A stretch of DNA of 34,368 bases from Chthoniobacteraceae bacterium. GTDB lineage: Bacteria > Verrucomicrobiota > Verrucomicrobiia > Chthoniobacterales > Chthoniobacteraceae. Position numbers and translations under genes: made by a program. The stretch spans positions 1 to 34,368 of the forward strand of contig JANNWY010000029.1 in assembly GCA_031409335.1 (NCBI GenBank), read 5' to 3'. Under the pieces are notes generated by a model that was not told the origin of the DNA, did no database searches, and worked only from the letters and a program-made list of their open reading frames with translations. Positions 19,001-27,500 of this stretch are shown here, piece by piece; position 1 is the first letter of the stretch; the number at the start of each line of letters is the position of its first letter.

Positions 19001-19728
19001 TCGCACACATCCTGGTCTGTGAACGACGGCGAGTGGAGGAAGCGGTGATAGGCATTATGCCAGTTGCCGCCCATGCGGAGGCCGCTCTCGATGGTGCGCC
19101 AGGCCGAGGGGGCGACGTTTTGCTCGGTGGTGGGGACCGGGCAACTCGTCAACCAGTCCCGGAGCTGCCCCACCCAGGCAACTGCGTAGCTCTCGTTGCT
19201 AGTGCCCCAGTAGGTAGCACCCAGATTGCCCCATTCCCCAAAGCGATTGAGCTGCCACTGCCACTCGTTGTTATCGGGGTAGCTGTTGCCCGGGTCTTTC
19301 GTGACGTTGTAAAACCAGTCAATATTCCCGCCCGGAAACGTGTGCCCGACGCCCGAGTAAAAAACATACCCGCCGACGTATTGGTCCGCGCTGGTCTGGT
19401 TGTAGCCGACATTGGTCGTGAGGGTATGAGGGTCCCAATACCACGTCACGTTCGTGCGCGAGCGCAGGTAAGTAGCGAGGCTGGCCTTCGCGGCGGCGTA
19501 GTTGCCAGCAGTCACGTTGGTCTTCACGACTTCCATGCCGGGGTAGTCGAGGTTAAGAGCAGCGAAGAGGTTGGCATCGCTGAGCACCGGGCCGGCCGCC
19601 CGCGACTGAACGGTGATCAAGACGAGAGCCGCCACCGCGAGCCATGCCGAGCCCATGGAACGGAAACGGGCGGAGGCCAAAGCCCAAGCATGGGCGGCGA
19701 ACAGGTTTAATGAATGCATATTGATCAT
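14545..19728 (-). CDS. Secreted heparinase II/III-like (PL12-type) lyase + Ig + PATR repeats + two jelly-roll domains + conserved C-terminal domain, 1727 aa
   Basis: True start at 19728 (ATGA overlap with the upstream stop). NNEWQWQLNRF, WRTIESGLR, GNWLMIE, QFYPDG..ELSPVYH, GHYHQDKL, HNTVIVDG; PATR-like NTYTGATTVNGGTL and KAGAGTMTFSGANTYT; 2x GS[TS]WK..TT[YW]FR..RDDGAVV.LNGVE; ends RRFMRVHVTQP. Confidence 0.85.
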   Translation of the reverse strand: MINMHSLNLFAAHAWALASARFRSMGSAWLAVAALVLITVQSRAAGPVLSDANLFAALNLDYPGMEVVKTNVTAGNYAAAKASLATYLRSRTNVTWYWDPHTLTTNVGYNQTSADQYVGGYVFYSGVGHTFPGGNIDWFYNVTKDPGNSYPDNNEWQWQLNRFGEWGNLGATYWGTSNESYAVAWVGQLRDWLTSCPVPTTEQNVAPSAWRTIESGLRMGGNWHNAYHRFLHSPSFTDQDVCDYLKSCIEHGRYLLAYPSSGNWLMIEMSGLYTEGALFPELNEAGNWRTTAANSLAAEQVIQFYPDGPQKELSPVYHSGTLGSILNIYNMATLQGRRGELPANFVSGLEKSYEHYLRLMAPDRKLPQFNDCNGVIDAKSGLSAGYSLFPNRTDFQWVASDGASGTPPNFTSTTYPWAGYNVMRSGWSTSDNYLCFDAGPLGTGHYHQDKLNVVLSAYGKKILFDSGGGEYESSIWRTYGSATWSHNTVIVDGNNQVGGDGSDTYTDPDHTTQSPQTWRWESDVAHDFAAGTYNRGYNNYFLRPATHTRRVLFVKPDLYLIADTLVGNGLSHSYQARWHLLPTTSVTDPVTKVITTTQAGQPNLAVVPCLLSGLTVGSAVGQSSGSASGLLGWDIVSDSVGHYPATTVTHQLSGTGTKHFLTLLMPLRTGETNPVSAVVNLSATSARVELADGRKLIVSADANSARGLKLTELLADNSTNRVVGGGFTPPTISAIADQVTAVSTPVGPVAFTVGSTAHAAASLVVSARSLDTRNVQSSGIALGGSGTARTVTITPVPNRNATATIIVTVMDPDGDTTSTEFTVTIGTGAQADEDYFWGNTSDSSPMSTALKWAWDSEGSGLWNNGPGTGDVAHFGNWHGFQPSDGGQTYAWGGIRFTRQDWFMNTAPGGQIALKGVANDWIIKADFTGGGANVIHSPLALNMNDGFIDMVGSGSTLTLNGIIKNGTGTGLGIRGNGTVVLAATNTYTGATTVNGGTLEIVGNPIAPSSGVFINSGTVVLKDFNSLGMSFWKPVTIASGGRMTMNGDYSVNIGPVTLNGGDLSSDGFSTVTWGSYTLQGDVTAGAGTSTISAVNVNGSGARTFTVASGGNLNVTGTFSYMTVIKAGAGTMTFSGANTYTDPTTVSQGTLAFVGGSQRSPITVSAGASLGFTLGSPTTSTSSFNLSAGTIKLTGTPTLPSYTLITASSGITGTPTLNAPISGYGLVVEGTSLKLVQTVTTTPLIAAGSTWKFFDTGTAPATWMQNEFNDAAWPAGPAILGFGDLNGQAPATSVNSTPSRITTYFRRTFTVANPRQFADLTLRLLRDDGAVVWLNGVEVHRSNMVTKPALIGSSTQALSTVSGADENTFFTATLDARELRTGTNVIAVEVHQFGTASSDLGFDLSLDVALDIPAPLIAAGASWKYRDTGIAPPANWTSNDYADTAWTTGPARLGYGDTQATTVAYGTEVNNRHITTWFRHTFTVADATLFDALRLELQRDDGAVVYLNGVELLRDNLPSSAITPTRLATTAIGGTDETAWNVFTVPATALLTGTNTVAIELHQSTANSSDLGLDLRLSGLRQTASTFADWQAAQFGSDKTNAALAGPLTDLDKDGLVTLLEYAFASDPRTANQDAAPTATTASGRLALQFERNPAATDITIKVQAADTLTGPWTDLATSTTGNPFAATTPGTTIIETTTGPLRTVEVRDLYPLNDPLHPRRFMRVHVTQP

Positions 19729-21193
19729 GGTTGCGTCATTTGGAGCCGCATGAAGCGGCGGGGATGGGCTGGATTCGTGAGGAGGTAAACGTCGCGCACT
19801 TCCACACTGCGTAGAGGCCCGGTGGTGGTTTCGAGGATGGCCGCGCCGCCGGTGATGGGTGCGAAAGGATTGCCGGCGGTGCTGCGGGCGAGGTCGAGCC
19901 ATGGGCCTGTCAGCGCGTCGGCGGCTTGGACGGTCAGCGTGATGTCGGTGGCGAGGGCGTTGCGCTCGAATTGGAGTGCGAGTCTGCCGGAAGCGGTGGC
20001 AAGTGTGGGCAGGGCGTCCTGGTTCGTGGTGCGTGGGTCGCTGGCGAAGGCGTATTCGAGCAGGGTCACGATGCCGTCTTGGTCGAGGTCGGTGAGCGGG
20101 CCGGCGAGGGCGGCGTTGGTCTTGTCGCTGCCGAATTGCGCGGCTTGCCAGTCGGCGAAGGTGGCTGCGGACTGGCGCAGGCCGAAGAGGCGCACGTCGA
20201 GGCCGAGGTCGCTGCTGTCGGGAGCCGATTGGTGAAGTTCGATGGCCACCGTGTTGGCGCCGCTGACGAGGGCGGTGGCGGGCACGATGAAGACGTTCCA
20301 AGCGGTTTCACCGGCGCCGCCGACGCTGGCGGTCGCGAGCGTGGTGGGAGTGATGGCGCTGGATGGGAGGTTGTCGCGGAGGATTTCCACGCCATTCAAA
20401 TAGACGACCGCGCCGTCGTCGCGCTGGAGTTCGAGGCGGAGCGCATCAAAGAGCGTGGCATCCGCGACGGTGAAGGTGTGGCGGAACCACGTCGTGCGGT
20501 GGCGATTCGCGGCGTCTCCGCCGTAGCCGACGGCGGTGGCCTGGGTATCGCCGTAGCCAAGGCGTGCCGGACCACTGGACCATGCGGCGTCGGCGAAAGC
20601 CGTGGTCTTCCAATCGGACGGCGGAGCAAGGCCCGTGTCGCGATAGATCCACGTCGCGCCGCCCGCGATGAATTCCGCAGGAAGGTCCGGCGTCGCACTG
20701 AGCGCGAGGTCGAAGCCGAGGTCCGTGCTGCCATTGCCGAACTGGTGGACTTCCACGGCGATCACGTTAGTGCCGGCGCGGAGTTCCCGGGCATCGAGCG
20801 TGGTGGTGAAGAAGACATTTTCCTGCGCCGTCGGCACGGAAGCGAGCGCCTGCGTGCTGGCAAGGATGACCGCTGGTGCCGCCGCCAGGTTGCTGCGGTG
20901 AACCTCCACGCCATTCAGCCAGACGACCGCGCCGTCGTCGCGCAGGAGTTGCAGCGTGAGGTCGCCGTATTGCCGTGGGTTGGCGACGTTGAAGCTGTGG
21001 CGGAAATAAGTGGTGATGCGCGTCGGAGTAGGATTGACGAGAGTCACCGGCGCTTGCCCGTTCAAGTCGCCATATCCGAGCATGGTCCGCCCGCTCGCCC
21101 AGCCGGTATCGGCGAAGTTATTCTGCATCCACATCGCGCCGGGGGCCGCGCCGGTATCGAGATATTTCCACGTCGAGCCAGCAGCGACGAGCA
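19725..21193 (-). repeat. ~1.47-kb tail block, copy 2 (paralogous to 14545-16010)
   Basis: Direct repeat of the heparinase-gene tail, collinear over its whole length. Confidence 0.9.
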
Positions 21194-24100
21194 CGTCGGG
21201 AGCATCCACCACGGTAAGCAGGAAGTTCGAGTTGGCGGTCAGCGTGCCGTCGCTGACGGTGAGGGTGATCGTCGCCGTGCCGACCATGTCCGGAGCGGGT
21301 GTCACGGTCACGGTGCGATTCACGCCCGAGCCGCCGATGACGATGTTGGCATTCGGCACGAGGGCCGTATCCGACGAGGTGCCAGTGACCGTGAAGTCCG
21401 CGATGTCGGCGCTGAGCGTGAAATTGAGCGCAGCGGTCGCGGTGTCTTCCGCGATGGTTTGTGCCGGGACGGTGCTGATGAAGTTGCCATCCGAGGCACG
21501 GATCCAATCGATCTCGAAGTTCACACCCAAATTTGTTACCGGATCGAACCGCATCCCGGAGATCACGTGTTCCTTCCAGTCTGCGAGGTGCAGCATGCGA
21601 AAGGCGAGCACGCGCCATTGGTTGCCGCCATTGTAATTCGCGGTGACGGATCGCTCGCCGGAGTAGCCGCCATTTCCAAGCTGGCCCCAAAAGAATTGTG
21701 CGAGGCCATCCTGCGAGGCCTTCATCCGCACCAGCAGGTAAGGCACCGTCGCCCCGTCGAAGCTCAGATTCTCTTTGAACATCTGCGGATCGCCGAGGGT
21801 CGATTGCCCGCTCAGGCTGCCGCCCGCGACCGACGTGCTGCCGATGCCGTAAAAGGAATCCCATCCCTCGAAGTTGCCCGGGACATCGAATTCGCTGTCC
21901 GCAAATGGATTGGTCACGGTCACGGTTCGGAAAGGATCGGTCCCCGCCGCTGCCTCCGCACCATCGCTGATTCCGTCGCCATCGGAGTCCACAGTTGGCG
22001 TGGTGATATTGGTTAACCAGGTAATCGTGTAACTGTGCTGCGTGGCCGTCGCCACGGGGCGGATGTAGAGGTCCCCGTTGTTTTCCTTGTAGTAGCCGGA
22101 GGTAGTGCTGGCCTTCAGTGCGGCCAGCGAAGAGCGGGAGGTCATCCCGCTCACGTTGAGGAACGACAGCTTGCCGAAATCCTTGAAACGCGCGACGAAG
22201 TGATCACCCACAACTGCATCGTCGAAGTTCACGATCACCTTCTTGGTCGATGGCAGCGCCTCATAGGAGTAGGTGTAGAGGAAATCCTCCCGGACAATCA
22301 GCGGGAGCTGGTGCCACTCGTTGTAGCCATTGATGTAATAGACGCCCCTGGTCGGTGTGCCCGCCTTCGTCCGCACCACGCTGACGTTTGGGATGGAGCC
22401 GAATGAAAGTCCGTATTCGAGCCGGCATTGGGCGAAGCGGTGGTCGCTGCGATACATGTTCGTCCACACCGAGGGTCGCGTCTCGCCGCCGGTGAGCATG
22501 AAGGGATGATTGCCGATGATCGAGCTGTTCGGCACGCCAGAGATCGAGCCATCCACATCCACGATCACCTGTGCCCAGATGCGCGGATGGCCGGGATCAT
22601 TCGCGCCGATGTCCGCCGGTGGGATGATGTTGTAGTTCGTCAGCACCGAACGCACTGGCGTGGGTGGGTCAAAAGTCAGGTTCTCAAAGTAATGATTCGG
22701 ATGCTTGATCGCCGCTCCGATGTTTTGGAGAAAACGGGCGTTGGTCGCGTTGTAACCCACGAGGTGATTCTTCGTCATCCGCCCGGCCCCATCATACACG
22801 GCATACACCACGCGAAGCGTGCTCGAGGATTGCAGTCCGAATCCCGAGTCCGCGACCATCAGCGATTCCTCGCAGAGCTGGTAAGTCGCGAGGAAGAGAT
22901 TTAGCTCATTGTCGGAAAAAACGTTGTTGCGATAGACCACGTTTTTGCGCTTGCCGCCGATGCCCGCATAGATGGCGTTGTCGTTGCTATACCAAGTGCA
23001 GTCGTTGAAATAGAACGGCCCGGTGTTCGCCCATTCCCCGTTGCGGACCAGCGTGTCGGTGGAAGACACCTGGTCATTGATGTCGAGGCCCATCTTACAG
23101 CTATGCGCAGTATTGCGATCAAACGCGCCGAGCGGCTGCTTGTGCGGCTCCAGGCCGGCGAAGCGCGGGTGGGTCAACGACTGATTGAGCGGATCCTGCG
23201 GAAAGGCGAACCAAAAGCCCGTGCCCTCCGTCCCAGCCGCGACATTGTCGGTGAAGGTGTTGTTTGGATTGGTGATCCAGAAGCTGGAGGGCGAGCGGTT
23301 TTGCGGCTCGTTAAAGCCATTGTCCGTCTCCAGAATCTCCTCGCCCTCCACGGGCTTCTTGCTCAGCGCCACCACGTTCTTGCGGATGACATTAAAACGC
23401 TCCGAGCCATCCTCCAAAAAGAGGCCGTGGCCGAGATGGTCGTAACAGAAGTTATTCTCCACCAGCGTGGACTCCGTGCCGTGAATCGTGATCGCGCGGT
23501 TGAAAGAACGCCGCACCACGCTGTCCCGGAAATACAGCCCCGCCCCGCCCTCGGCGAGCATGTGCCAGTGCATCGGGTAGCGGCCAATGACGCTCTTTTG
23601 ACCCATGCGGAAAAGCTCCACACCCTCGATGTATCCTTTACCACCCGTTACGCAGCAGGTCGTGCCGCCATTCATCACCATGAGGTGTCCGCCAAATCCC
23701 GCCGTCTCCGACTCCGCGTCGCCCTGGATTTTTACATTGCGGCTCATGAGTCCCACCTCCGCCCGCAGATTCCCCGTCCATGATTTCCCATCCGTGCTGC
23801 GGGTCTTGGTGATGGTGCTGCCATTGTGCAAGTAGGCGAGTCCGGGCGTGAACGACACCGTCCGCATATCTGGACTCACCGCCGTGATCGTGCGGGTCTC
23901 CGCCTCGTTCCAGTTCCCCCGGCTCGACGTGACGAGGATGGAATCGCCCACCACCCAATCCACCGGCTCCACGAGCGTCAGCGATGTCGCGCCCGCTGCG
24001 GCATTCACACCGAGATGGGTCCACTCGATGCGATCCCGTCCGTGAATGTCCAGCGTGCCGCCGTTGTGAGCACCCAGCACTTTGGATCCCATCACCAGAG

Positions 24101-24467
24101 CAGGCTCCGTGGACAATCCCTTCAACGTGAGGGTGAAATTTTGCAAAAAGCGATCCGCCGAAGCGCCCACTTGGAATACTGCCGTCGCGCCCTGCACCAG
24201 CAGCGTATCGCAGAGCAGCGTGCGATTCGCCCGCTCCACCTCCAGCCGCCCTTCCACGAGAATCCCGCCGCATTCGACGTTCGCATTCAGCGTCACCGTC
24301 AGACCGGTCGGGATCTTCACGTCATCTTCCACACCCGGCAGCAACCCGCCTACCCACGTGCCGGTGTTGGACCAGTTCCCAGTCGCCGCCGCGACCACTT
24401 CCACCGCGCGGGCCGCGGACGTGGTGACGAAGATGAGCGCAGCCAGGCAGAGGAAAGAAGTACGCAT
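19725..24467 (-). CDS. Secreted G8-domain / CEMIP-TMEM2-PKHD1-like beta-helix protein + Ca-binding DxDxDG motif + CBM-like + Ig + two jelly-rolls + conserved C-terminal domain, 1580 aa
   Basis: Signal peptide; G8-like GNWSNTGTW..LPG..DDVKIP..GGTLDIHG; RAEVGLMSRNVKIQG; FGGHLM; GRYPMHWH; FNRAITIHGT; GHGLFLEDGSE; FWITNPNN; DSDGDGISDGAEAAAGTDP; MRFDP..EIDWIR; ends RRFMRLQMTQP. Confidence 0.85.
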   Translation of the reverse strand: MRTSFLCLAALIFVTTSAARAVEVVAAATGNWSNTGTWVGGLLPGVEDDVKIPTGLTVTLNANVECGGILVEGRLEVERANRTLLCDTLLVQGATAVFQVGASADRFLQNFTLTLKGLSTEPALVMGSKVLGAHNGGTLDIHGRDRIEWTHLGVNAAAGATSLTLVEPVDWVVGDSILVTSSRGNWNEAETRTITAVSPDMRTVSFTPGLAYLHNGSTITKTRSTDGKSWTGNLRAEVGLMSRNVKIQGDAESETAGFGGHLMVMNGGTTCCVTGGKGYIEGVELFRMGQKSVIGRYPMHWHMLAEGGAGLYFRDSVVRRSFNRAITIHGTESTLVENNFCYDHLGHGLFLEDGSERFNVIRKNVVALSKKPVEGEEILETDNGFNEPQNRSPSSFWITNPNNTFTDNVAAGTEGTGFWFAFPQDPLNQSLTHPRFAGLEPHKQPLGAFDRNTAHSCKMGLDINDQVSSTDTLVRNGEWANTGPFYFNDCTWYSNDNAIYAGIGGKRKNVVYRNNVFSDNELNLFLATYQLCEESLMVADSGFGLQSSSTLRVVYAVYDGAGRMTKNHLVGYNATNARFLQNIGAAIKHPNHYFENLTFDPPTPVRSVLTNYNIIPPADIGANDPGHPRIWAQVIVDVDGSISGVPNSSIIGNHPFMLTGGETRPSVWTNMYRSDHRFAQCRLEYGLSFGSIPNVSVVRTKAGTPTRGVYYINGYNEWHQLPLIVREDFLYTYSYEALPSTKKVIVNFDDAVVGDHFVARFKDFGKLSFLNVSGMTSRSSLAALKASTTSGYYKENNGDLYIRPVATATQHSYTITWLTNITTPTVDSDGDGISDGAEAAAGTDPFRTVTVTNPFADSEFDVPGNFEGWDSFYGIGSTSVAGGSLSGQSTLGDPQMFKENLSFDGATVPYLLVRMKASQDGLAQFFWGQLGNGGYSGERSVTANYNGGNQWRVLAFRMLHLADWKEHVISGMRFDPVTNLGVNFEIDWIRASDGNFISTVPAQTIAEDTATAALNFTLSADIADFTVTGTSSDTALVPNANIVIGGSGVNRTVTVTPAPDMVGTATITLTVSDGTLTANSNFLLTVVDAPDVLVAAGSTWKYLDTGAAPGAMWMQNNFADTGWASGRTMLGYGDLNGQAPVTLVNPTPTRITTYFRHSFNVANPRQYGDLTLQLLRDDGAVVWLNGVEVHRSNLAAAPAVILASTQALASVPTAQENVFFTTTLDARELRAGTNVIAVEVHQFGNGSTDLGFDLALSATPDLPAEFIAGGATWIYRDTGLAPPSDWKTTAFADAAWSSGPARLGYGDTQATAVGYGGDAANRHRTTWFRHTFTVADATLFDALRLELQRDDGAVVYLNGVEILRDNLPSSAITPTTLATASVGGAGETAWNVFIVPATALVSGANTVAIELHQSAPDSSDLGLDVRLFGLRQSAATFADWQAAQFGSDKTNAALAGPLTDLDQDGIVTLLEYAFASDPRTTNQDALPTLATASGRLALQFERNALATDITLTVQAADALTGPWLDLARSTAGNPFAPITGGAAILETTTGPLRSVEVRDVYLLTNPAHPRRFMRLQMTQP

Positions 24468-24485
24468 ATGAAGAGGGAACGGTGA

Positions 24486-24520
24486 GCGATGCGCGACGGC
24501 TCGGCTCGCTCGCGCAACGC
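24486..24520. repeat. Intergenic hairpin (11-bp stem with 1 mismatch, 13-nt loop)
   Basis: gcgatgcgcga (24486-24496) pairs with tcgcgcaacgc (24510-24520). No U-tract, so a REP-like or mRNA-stability element is more likely than an intrinsic terminator. Confidence 0.45.
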
Positions 24521-24540
24521 CCCGAAAGTAGCAGCAATCG

Positions 24541-27500
24541 TCAGCGTGTCACGATCACCCGCAGGAAGCGGCTCGGATGCAGGGGGTCGCTGGTAAGGTA
24601 GAGGTCGCGGACTTCCACGCTGCGAGTGGCACCGGTGCCGGTCTCCGAGACGGCGATGCCGCCCAGAAGTGCGGTGAATGCGGTGCCGTTGGCGCTGTGG
24701 GCGAGATTGGTCCACGGACCGGCGGGCGTGTCGCCGCCCTGCACGGTCATGGCGATGTCGGTATTCGCCAGCGTGCGAATGAAGGTGATCGCGAGTCGGC
24801 CTCCGACGGTTGTGCCTCGTGGGAGCGGAGCGGCGGACGCGATGTTCGGATTTCCACCGAGGGCGTATTCGAGGAGGTTCACGACTCCATCCCGTTCGAG
24901 ATCGGCGAGGTCGGCAGCATTGCCGGTGTTCGCGGTGGTGCCGAAGTAGGCGAAGCGCCACGTCTCCAAGGCGGTGCCGGTGACGGTGACGAGGAAGGTG
25001 TCGCTCGCGGTGAGGGTGCCGTCGCTCACGGTGACGGTGATGGTGGAGCTGCCCAGTTGATTCGGGGCGGGGGTAATGGTGACGCTGCGATTCGCTGCGC
25101 TGCCGCCGAAGACGATTCCCGTGGCGGGAACGAGCGTGGAGTTCGACGAGGCTTTCGTCAGCATGAGCGACGATGCGGCGGTCTCGAGGTCGCCGATGGT
25201 GAAGGGAAGCGCGGTCGTTGCGGCATTCACCGCGATGGTCTGAGCGGCGATGTCGCTGATCGTGGGCGCGTTGTTGATGACCGAGAGCGTGCCGGTGGCG
25301 GGGTTGAAGCTCCACGAGAGATTCGGCCCCGGGGTTGCCGGGCTGATGCTGCTGAAGTTCCCGGCGCGGTTCGCAGCGCTGAACAATGGGAAGCTCTGCC
25401 CCACCGCGAGCGTCCCTGCCACGTTGGCGACCATCAAGGTTCCGCCGTAAGTGGCCAGCGTGATGCCTTGCACCTGGTCGCCGGTCTGCGTTTGTGCATT
25501 GATGTCCACCGCCGTGGTGCTGCCCGCGGTGAGGGTGAGCGAGCTGTTCACGGTCAAAGTGCCAACGCTGGTTCCGGGCGAGAGGGTGCCGCCGGAGAGC
25601 ACTGTCACCGCGCCGCCGATGACTCCCGTGCCGCCGAGCGCGGCCCCAGTGGCGACGCTCACCGCGCCATTGCCCAGCGCACCGTTCACCAGGAGGATGC
25701 CTGCCGAGACCGTCGTCGGGCCGGTGAGCGTGTTTGTGCCAGTGAGCGTCAGGGTGAAGTTGCCGGTTTTGGTGAGGCCGCCGGTGCCGCTGATCGCGCC
25801 CGAGATGCGGAAGGTGGCGTTACCGTCTCCGCCGACCTGGGTCGTGCCGAGCAGCGTGAGGGGTGCCGCGATGTCGTAGGTGAAGTCGAAGGCTGTCTTC
25901 GTGGCATCGAGCGCGATGGTCGGCGCGGTGCCGGTGAGGCTGATAGCGTTTCCGCTGAGCGTGACGGTGGTGGCGGTGATGGGCGATGCGGTGCCGCCGA
26001 GTTGGAGGACGCCGAACTGCTGGCCGGTGAGGTTATTTGAAATCGGGATCGCGCCGCCAAGCATGGGCTGGCCGGGGAAGAACCACACGGTGCTGGCGGG
26101 GTCGGATTGCGCGACGATGCCGCCGAGCCAGTTCGCATTCTGCGACCAATTGAGCGCGGGGTCGGCGGTGGCTTTCGTCCAGGTGAAGGGATGGGATTTG
26201 CCCTCGGGCAGGCGCACCCAGACGCGATTCACGTTGAGCTTCCTGGCACCAAAGGTGAGGCGAAAGTCCGCGCTGCCATTTTGCCGCCCGCCGAAGTAGG
26301 CGTCGGCGATCTCGAAGCGCACGGTGCGCCAGGTATTGCTGCCGGTGGTGGTGGTGGGCAGCGGGTGCGTGGTGTAGTTGGCGCTGGCTCCGTCGTATTG
26401 CAGGCCGAGCACAGTGCTGTCGGCATTGTCGTAATATTCCACCTCGACCGTGACGTCGCCGTTCGCGAGTTGGTAGGCGAAGGCGTTGTTCACATTGAAA
26501 TACAGGTAGCGGTCGGTCCCGAGTGTGGTGTTCCCCCGGCATTCCCTGCCGCCCACGGTTTCCACGATGGTGTCCCCATCGGCCTGCTGCACGCGGGAGA
26601 GGGAGGCGGTGAGGTCGGTCGCACCGAGATCGACGCTGGCTTCAGCGCCGATGTTCGAGCGGTTGGCGAGCGAGGCGACGGTGGGCAGCGTGTTCGTGTT
26701 GGTGCGCTGCTCGAACATCATGCGTTTCAGCTCGTCGGTGAGGCTCATCCACCAGTCGCTGGGTTTGCCCTGGTTATTGATGAAGCGCCCGTAAGCCGCC
26801 GAGGGGGCCGGCGGGTCATCGGTCATCGGCATGACCGCGGTGGCCTCGTCGTATTCGTCGAACATGCCGATGAAGAGCCGGTCCGCGCCGCCGCCGACAT
26901 TGATCCAGTCGCGCCCTTTGGACCAGTAGAATTGTCCCCCGGTGCGGTCCGTGTATTGAGTGAGTGGAGTCGCCGGGAGTTGCTTGAGATTCGCCCATGA
27001 AAAGCCCGGCCAGATGTGCGGGTAGAAATCCTGCCCGCGGTTGCGGAAGAACGCGGCGTCCGCGGTGTTGTTGTTTTGCCAGACGAGGACGCCGTCGTAT
27101 TTCTCGATGCGCGTCTTCCAGGCCGCGCTGAGCGAGTTCCAGCTATTCGGAATGCCACCGATGACGTGAACTCCCTGGGCTTTGAAATAATCAACCACGG
27201 CATTTGCGCTGGCGGTTGTGAAGTTCCGGTCCGGCACCGCGAGGCCCCAGATGAAGACGACCGGTTCGCCGCCCTCACGCACGTAGCGTGGATCATTCAG
27301 GATGTCGAACTGCGTGGTGAGCCACTCCCAATCCGCCTGGAGCTTTGCGGCCACCGTGGCGTCGGCCATGCCGGAGACGTCGTATTCCACGCCCCAGATA
27401 CGGCCCTCCTCGGCCGCTGCCTGCGAGACATTGCGCAGCGGCCATTCGGTGTCCGCGCCCGCCTTTGGGTTGAAGCGCTGGAGCCACGCGCCATCGATAT

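Noticed and set aside
19729..20301. 191-aa N-terminal extension of the heparinase ORF in the ORF track
   Set aside because: It overlaps the upstream gene's CTD in another frame and is Arg/Pro/His-rich junk; the ATGA-coupled start at 19728 precedes a signal peptide.
8051..21193. Diversity-generating retroelement (paired near-identical 3' regions as TR/VR)
   Set aside because: No reverse transcriptase is present, both copies are coding, and the differences involve all bases (many synonymous) rather than being adenine-specific.
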